64,000 bases of DNA from assembly GCA_964016885.1 (NCBI GenBank), contig OZ024745.1, positions 130,386,001-130,450,000 of the forward strand, given 5' to 3'. The position numbers were made by a program, and so were the translations under genes. This stretch comes from Eledone cirrhosa (Eukaryota). Under the pieces are notes generated by a model that was not told the DNA's origin, made no database searches, and saw nothing but the letters and a program-made list of their open reading frames with translations. Shown piece by piece: positions 56,055 to 64,000 of this stretch. Within the stretch, counting starts at the first letter, position 1, and each line of letters starts with the position of its first letter.

Positions 56055-56531
56055 TATCATAGATTGAGTTATTAACACAAAATAGTCTTTTTACAATTAA
56101 ATAGCTCAAAGAAGGGAATCTTTCCGAGCCGTGTAATATAATTGGATATATGAGAGGGATGAACACAAATATAACTATACATGTGTTCCAATTGCAAATG
56201 ACCAAGTTGGCTAGGTTGAAAAATACTAATTTAAAACAATATGGTTTGCCTGACTCGATTTAAAGTAATAAATCAATAAAAATAACAAACCTATATCGGG
56301 CAGTAGTCTTTGATACCCTGGTATCAAAGGCTATTGCCCGATATAGGTTTTTTTTTATGATTTATTACTTTGGGTATCAAAGACTATTGCCCGATATAGG
56401 ATTGTAATTTTTATTGATTTATTACTTTAAATCGAGTCAGGCAAACCATATTGTTTTAAATTAGTATTTTTCAACCTAGCCAACTTGGTCATTTGCAATT
56501 GGAACACATCTATACTTATATTTGTGTTCAT
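56055..56531 (-). mobile_element. Fold-back element, family U: tail 56055-56158, arms 56159-56318 and 56372-56531, extra partial arm 56320-56371
   Basis: Near-identical 160-bp inverted arms; - strand tail has GCTC..TTGAGC. Confidence 0.8.
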
Positions 56532-56540
56532 TGTATATTA

Positions 56541-56638
56541 TCCCAGTACATTACTGGTACTTTATTTTATCGACCCCGTAAGGATGAAAGGCAAAGTTAA
56601 CCTCGGCGGGATTTGAACTCTGACCGTAAAGGGACGTA
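56541..56638 (-). mobile_element. SINE family A fragment
   Basis: Body match. Confidence 0.8.
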
Positions 56639-56828
56639 TGCACGTTACTTTTTCTTTGAAAATATTCAGGCATGCAGCGCATATACGACACTGGAGCCGA
56701 AAAATAGGACAGCCCCTTCCCTGAGACTCGAACTCATAGGAAAGAAAGGAAAATAATGAAAAGAAAAAACGCCCATGCGTATTCTGTCAGCCATTTTGAA
56801 AATTTAATGAAACATATGTATATATATA

Positions 56829-56917
<89 letters not shown>

Positions 56918-57030
56918 GTATATATATATGTATATATATATATATGCATATATATATATTTATATATATATATGTGTGTGTATATATATATCTATATATA
57001 TATATATATATATGCATATATATATATATT

Positions 57031-57099
<69 letters not shown>

Positions 57100-57226
57100 G
57101 CACATCCTCGTTTAACATCGATTTTCTACGCTAGTATAGGTTGTATATATAAATGTGTGTGTGATCGTGTGTGTACGTATGTGGGTATATAATGCATGTG
57201 GGCGTGTTTCTATGTGTGTGTGTATG

Positions 57227-57313
<87 letters not shown>

Positions 57314-57758
57314 CACTAATAATATCATTAATATTATTAATATATAGTAGTTGCTTAGTTTTTGACAACATCGCAGATTTCGTTTCAAGCCTCACGTAAA
57401 TATTTTACTCATAGGATTCTACATCTTCAAATGATTAACTAAAACTAGCGACGTGTGTGAATTGCAGAATTACGTTTTGTGATGCATCTTTTCTGAGGTC
57501 TCAAGTATCGGCTTTGATTTAGATATATAGTTTTCTAACTTTTATACGTTTTAATGAAGTTTGTATGAGAAATCAGGTGTGGTGTTATGGTGCAATACGC
57601 CTGTGAATCAAGTAGTGTTATGTCCGTACCAACCTTCTAAAGGGAATCTTCTTAAATATATGCATTTATTGCAAATCGTGGAACTGATATTTGCATAAGT
57701 CTCTTGATGCTTTAGACTACTTCAAATAATATTTCTTTCGTTGACTGTATATGCTCCG

Positions 57759-57793
<35 letters not shown>

Positions 57794-57898
57794 ATGTGTT
57801 TGTGTGTGTATGTATATATATATATGTGTGTGTGTTTGTGTGTGTGTATGCGTGTGTGTGTGTTTGTGTGTGTGTATGCGTGTGTGTGTGTATGTATG

Positions 57899-57929
<31 letters not shown>

Positions 57930-58004
57930 ATGTGTGTGTGTGTGTGTGTATGTATATATATATGTGTGTGTGTTTGTGTGTGTGTATGCGTGTGTGTGTG
58001 TATG

Positions 58005-58069
<65 letters not shown>

Positions 58070-58104
58070 ATTTATATATATATATGTGTGTGTGCGTGTG
58101 TATG

Positions 58105-58151
<47 letters not shown>

Positions 58152-58662
58152 ATGTGTGTGTGTGTGTGTGTGTATATATATTAGCGAAGACCGTCATTTG
58201 TATTTCACAAGAACATAAGCAAATCTACATTCTACATCAAACCAAAGATTGTCCACGACCTCATGCATATGCAATCCATACACCTAAATTCAACCCCACG
58301 CACCAGGGGCATATAGAACATGGTATAAAGTACAATAAAACATGCTTCGAAATTATACACAAAATCTCCTGCAACAAGGTACGTGAAAAGCTGGGAGGCG
58401 GGTATTGTAGAACTTAGCAGCTGGAGACAGACATAAAAGCAGGTTTTCAGAAAAGCGAGTTGGGCAGAGATATGAGTGGGTATCAGAGAGAAAGTGTGCA
58501 GATGAAAGTGGGCTGCATGAAAACCCACAGAGCCAAGCGTGGCTTCAAATGCAGCAATTCTAATAGGTTCTGTATTTGTAGAATAGAACTGTACAGCGAT
58601 TACAGACGCCCTAACTTCACAAGAGATTGGAACCTTGTCGCACACTCTATGTCATCCGGGAG

Positions 58663-58794
58663 AGACGGATGCCATAATTACCATCATCGCCATCAGTAAA
58701 CAGACACACACACACTCATATATATATATATGTGTGTGTTAGTGTGTGTGTGTCTGTTTAATGACAGCGATGATGGTAATTATAGCATCCGTCT
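58663..58794. repeat. Inverted repeat (58663-58714 and 58741-58794) around a TA/TG spacer
   Basis: AGACGGATGCCATAATTACCATCATCGC / GCGATGATGGTAATTATAGCATCCGTCT. Confidence 0.75.
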
Positions 58795-58831
58795 GTCACA
58801 CACACATTCACACAAACATACACTTACACAC

Positions 58832-59012
58832 ATTGGCAGTATCGGCAGAGTGTCGGACGCCATGCTTTGCAGAATAGAGTTACGGGCCTTTATTATCTGA
58901 GTTCAAATCCCGCCGAGCTTAATTTTGCCTTTCATCCTTACGATATCGATAAAATAAAGTACCGGTAATGCACTGAGGTAATTGCTGGCCCTCTACCCAA
59001 AGTAGAAATAAT
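58832..59012 (+). mobile_element. SINE family A
   Basis: Consensus match. Confidence 0.85.
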
Positions 59013-59036
59013 TTTATATATATGTATATATTTATC

Positions 59037-59129
<93 letters not shown>

Positions 59130-59529
59130 GTGTGCGTGTGCGTTTGTGTGTGTGAATATGTGTGTGTGCACGTGTGTGTCTGTTTTATACAAGACAAGAA
59201 CTGTTTGATTCGTTTGAAATCATTTATATATATATATGCTCACAGAAATAAGAATACAGTTGGATTGAGAGTATTAAAAGAATTAATTAAGATTTTCTTG
59301 GAATAAATCACCGAAAACCGATGGAAAAACAACAAATCTTGATTGATACGTTACCATAAATATAGAGAAGTTGCTTTGAACTATAGGTAAGTTGCTTTGA
59401 ACTATAGGTAATCGTCATTTAATATTCATGGCCAAACAAAATGCAAACTTACGTAATCAGGTCCAATTGAATATAGGAATATATATTTCATAGGTTTCTG
59501 TCTATATCGGAATGTGTAAATGTGTGCAC

Positions 59530-60580
59530 TTGTGTATGTTTCTGTGTGTGCGCTAGTGTGTGTATGTTTATGTATGTGCGCTAGTGTGTGTATGCTTCTG
59601 TATGTGCGCTAGTGTGTGTATGTTTCTGTGTGTGCGCTAGTGTGTGTATGTTTATGTATGTGCGCTAGTGTGTGTATATTTATGTATGTGCGCTAGTGTG
59701 TGTATGTGTATGTATGTGCGCTAGTGTGTGTATGTGTATGTATGTGCGCTAGTGTGTGTATGTTTCTGTGTGTGCGCTAGTGTTTGTATGCTTCTGTGTG
59801 TGCGCTAGTGTTTGTATGCTTCTGTGTGTGCGCTAGTGTGTGTATGTGTATGTATGTGCGCTAGTGGTTGTATGTGTATGTATGTGCGCTAGTGTGTGTA
59901 TGTTTCTGTGTGTGCGCTAGTGTGTGTATGTGTATGTATGTGCGCTAGTGTGTGTATGTGTATGTACGTGCGCTAGTGTGTGTATGTGTATGTATGTGCG
60001 CTAGTGTGTGTATGTTTCTGTGTGTGCGCTAGTGTTTGTATGCTTCTGTGTGTGCGCTAGTGTTTGTATGCTTCTGTGTGTGCGCTAGTGTGTGTATGTG
60101 TATGTATGTGCGCTAGTGGTTGTATGTGTATGTATGTGCGCTAGTGTGTGTATGTTTCTGTGTGTGCGCTAGTGTGTGTATGTGTATGTATGTGCGCTAG
60201 TGTGTGTATGTGTATGTATGTGCGCTAGTGGTTGTATGTGTATGTATGTGCGCTAGTGTGTGTATGTTTCTGTGTGTGCGCTAGTGTGTGTATGTGTATG
60301 TATGTGCGCTAGTGTGTGTATGTGTATGTATGTGCGCTAGTGGTTGTATGTGTATGTATGTGCGCTAGTGTGTGTATGTTTCTGTGTGTGCGCTAGTGTT
60401 TGTATGCTTCTGTGTGTGCGCTAGTGTGTGTATGCTTCTGTATGTGCGCTAGTGTGTGTATGCTTCTGTATGTGCGCTAGTGTGTGTATGCTTCTGTATG
60501 TGCGCTAGTGTGTGTATGTGTATGTATGTGCGCTAGTGTGTGTATGTGTATGTATGTGCGCTAGTGTGTGTATGTTTCTG
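59530..60580 (+). repeat. 28-bp minisatellite, about 37 copies
   Basis: GCGCTAGTGTGTGTATGT(G/T)T(A/C)TGT(A/G)TGT; CTAG every 28 bp. Confidence 0.95.
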
Positions 60581-60910
60581 TAGCAAGGTAGGAAAAGTGA
60601 GAAAATATAGATATATATAAAACGCCATGGAAAGACCATAATTAATATCATCTAATTCTGCTAGACATTTCTGACATCTAATATTGATGCTATATATGTT
60701 TCTATATACAACGAATACCTCAGGGCATACACACAGACACACACGTGTATGTGTGTGTGTGTGAGTATACATTCATATATATATGTGTGTGTGTATATGA
60801 ATACATGCATATGTATATGTGTGTATGTGTGTGTGTTTGTGTGTTTGTGTGTTTCTCTCAAAGTTAAATTAAAACCTTCATATGTACATATATACATTCA
60901 TATATATATC

Positions 60911-60947
<37 letters not shown>

Positions 60948-61005
60948 GCATATATATATATATATATATAAAACGAAAAATCGGTGATGCATATTGAATA
61001 TACGA

Positions 61006-61080
<75 letters not shown>

Positions 61081-61081
<1 letters not shown>

Positions 61082-61182
61082 CAAAGGAAATGTGGTAAGG
61101 AACCAGATGGACCATAACGTACCAGACTACTCAATACTTAGGGTAGTAGAGTGGGAAATAGGAAAAAGTATGACCCCGACGG
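61081..61182 (-). mobile_element. Family S tail fragment
   Basis: Reverse match to 46070-46170. Confidence 0.8.
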
Positions 61183-61473
61183 GTGTGCATGTAAGTAAAT
61201 ATTCTCTTTATCTGATATTTTGTAACTAACCTTAGATCGATATCGAAGTATAGTTACGATGTATTATCATCACCTAGAAACGATCGTAAAGCAGTGAAGT
61301 ATATTTCTAATGACTTGATTTTTTATTTCATTGTTTTAACTTATATCATGACTCTGTTTTCCTTTTAATGTTTTATTGTTTTCCGGGATTTATTTTAACC
61401 TACAACATTTTCAACATAAGGATTACATTGAGTTCTTCATGCAGACTAGACCCCACAACTTACCGTGGATATC

Positions 61474-61527
<54 letters not shown>

Positions 61528-62610
61528 GATTTAAAATTAACCTTGAGATAAATATAAGCCGTTCCTGAAAAAGGAATGAACTGTGATGTGCAAAACTTCA
61601 AAATTTTTCAACTAGAAAAACCCTCAGATTATTCTTCCGTCTGTAACTACGATGATTCTGTCTACGAGGGAATATTGCGTTAGTAGCTCTCGCGTACGTG
61701 ATGCACATTTTAAACCATACATGGAATTATCACTGTAATTTATATAAGCTTCATACGTTTTGTAAAGTGATTAAAATGATAATAAATATTCATACCAGAA
61801 TACGGCGATATTTAAAGATTTTATTTAATGTAAATATGACTACCCTTTTGTTTAAATATATTAGTATTTTATTTTATCGACCCCGTAAGGATGAAAGGCA
61901 AAGTTAACCTCGACAGAAATAATAAACGGAGTAGTGTAGACTTTTCAAACTAATCTGTCATACATGGGAAAATATAAGAGATTATTCTTTTGTCTACATT
62001 TCAGTAATCTTTCCTCATCAGGGAATCACTTCACATCTGATTCGGGTGAACGAAGGAATACAGCTAAAGAACACAACATATGTCATACAGAGTACAGAGA
62101 ATAAACTAAAATAAAATTTACTCATATTAGAAGTTATTCATATCATATTAAAAGTTATTCTGATGACATAAATCTTGGAAATGTTGGTATGACAATTCTC
62201 TCCCTTGTTTTGGATCATTCGTTTCATAGTTAAAAAAGTGTAGTTATATCTATTTTATGTTCCCATTATATATTCTTCTAGAAGTAAACGCTAGAGTGAG
62301 TACTCAATATACCAGCGGTATGATTTTAATTATTTCTTATGCGACTTGATTTCATACGTACACGTCTCAGGGTTTTACACCTGGAAGGAAAATCTCTAGA
62401 ACCTTCAGATTAGGTATATGTGTGCAAATGATTGTATATATAATGATCATGTAAAGAGAAAATGGGTTTCTTTTATTTATATTTATTGTTTTGTCTTTCC
62501 TAAACCAATTTTGATACAGTAAATATATCAATTAAGTCATTCAAGGCTTGAAAATCATTTATTTTTGGCAGCAAATCCTTCCATATTTCCTCTCTCTCTC
62601 TCTCTCTCTC

Positions 62611-62678
<68 letters not shown>

Positions 62679-62939
62679 CTTTTCTTTTCTTCTACCGCCC
62701 CCTCTCTTTCTCTCTTGCTCTCTCTCTGTCTATATTTTTCTTTCAGACTCTTTTTCGATTCTCAAATTCTCTCTATTTAATTACTTGTTTCCCTCCCAGT
62801 GAAAGATTGTGTATGTGGTCTGTCAAACCCCAAATAAGAGTAGCCAAATACCACACATCCCGTAGTGTTATCATACATGAAGCAAAACAAAAATGTCGAA
62901 AATATATTCAATGTCTCAGATAGAAAATCGCAGTGTAGT

Positions 62940-63205
62940 GCCACTCCCTCAGTTACGACGGCGTGTTCCAGTTGATATGATCAACGAAATATGCTGCTCA
63001 TGAAATTAACGTACACGTGACTAAGCATTCCACAGACTTGCGTGGCCTTAACGTAATTCTCAGGGAGATTCAGTGAAACACAGAATGTGTCAAGGCTGAC
63101 CCTTCGAATTACAGGTACAACTCATCTTTGCCAGCAACCTGAACTGGAGCAACTTGAAATAAAATGACTTGCTCAAGAACACAACACGCCGCCGGAATCG
63201 ATCGT
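62940..63205 (-). mobile_element. CORE-type SINE family B variant (older)
   Basis: CTGGAGCAACTTGAAATAAAATGACTTGCTCAAGAACACAAC core on - strand. Confidence 0.7.
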
Positions 63206-63315
63206 GGAAAATTGCACGAGTTATTTATGTTACTGTATTTTCAATATTGCTGGTCAGGGATAAAGTGGAAATGTTGGGTCCTGTTTAACTTACCTTTGCT
63301 ATGTTGCCCACTTTA

Positions 63316-63474
<159 letters not shown>

Positions 63475-63533
63475 ATATATATATATATAAATATATAAAT
63501 ATATATATATACATATATCTATATCTCTCTATA

Positions 63534-63627
<94 letters not shown>

Positions 63628-63629
<2 letters not shown>

Positions 63630-63923
63630 AGCAAATTATAAACGTAAACATGTAAGTATGTTTTTGAAACGGTGCGCGATTTTGAAATTAGAAATTAGAA
63701 ATGATAAGCTTTCACCGTATTTTAGACTAAAGAAATTTCTAGCCTGATAGTGGGATGTGTATTGGTGTAAGGGTAGCAGGGTGGCCTGGATAACCAAAGA
63801 TGTGGGTTCGACTCCCGTGTACGGTAACACTCATCTTTTTCCATTTCTCCGAGGGTTATAAACCCCACTATCAGGCTAGAAATTTATTTAGTCTAAAATA
63901 CGGTGAAAGCTTATAATTTCTAA

Positions 63924-63924
<1 letters not shown>
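63628..63924. mobile_element. tRNA-headed element with inverted arms in (TA)n (copy 2)
   Basis: Tail 63628-63693, arms 63694-63754 and 63864-63924, tRNA-like 63756-63826 (+) with TGGTGTAAGGG A box and GGTTCGACTCC B box; homologous to 1-345. Confidence 0.8.
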
Positions 63925-63987
<63 letters not shown>

Positions 63988-64000
63988 AATGACTTAGTGG

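Overview
AT-rich, microsatellite-saturated animal non-coding DNA. The SINE types and the (TA)n/(CA)n density suggest a cephalopod (octopus-like) genome; this is inference. No host protein-coding gene can be supported. The only long intact ORF (1970-3907) encodes the reverse transcriptase plus C-terminal GIY-YIG endonuclease of a Penelope-like retroelement (Naiad-type), 5'-truncated, carrying an inverted terminal duplication and inserted in (TA)n. About 25 short elements or remnants from at least 10 sequence families across the window repeat all or part of this layout: (TA)n - inverted arm - arm - unique tail - (TA)n. Most families carry a type I hammerhead ribozyme core and a covarying RCTC...GAGY tail hairpin. 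One family, seen at both window ends, has a tRNA-like head instead of a hammerhead and is a candidate Penelope-mobilised SINE. The rest is tRNA-derived SINEs (two groups), decayed CR1 and RTE LINE fragments, a hAT MITE, a mariner-like MITE, and mini/microsatellites. Nearly all other ORFs in the track are translations of simple repeats. Coordinates of degenerate repeats are approximate and were read by eye.
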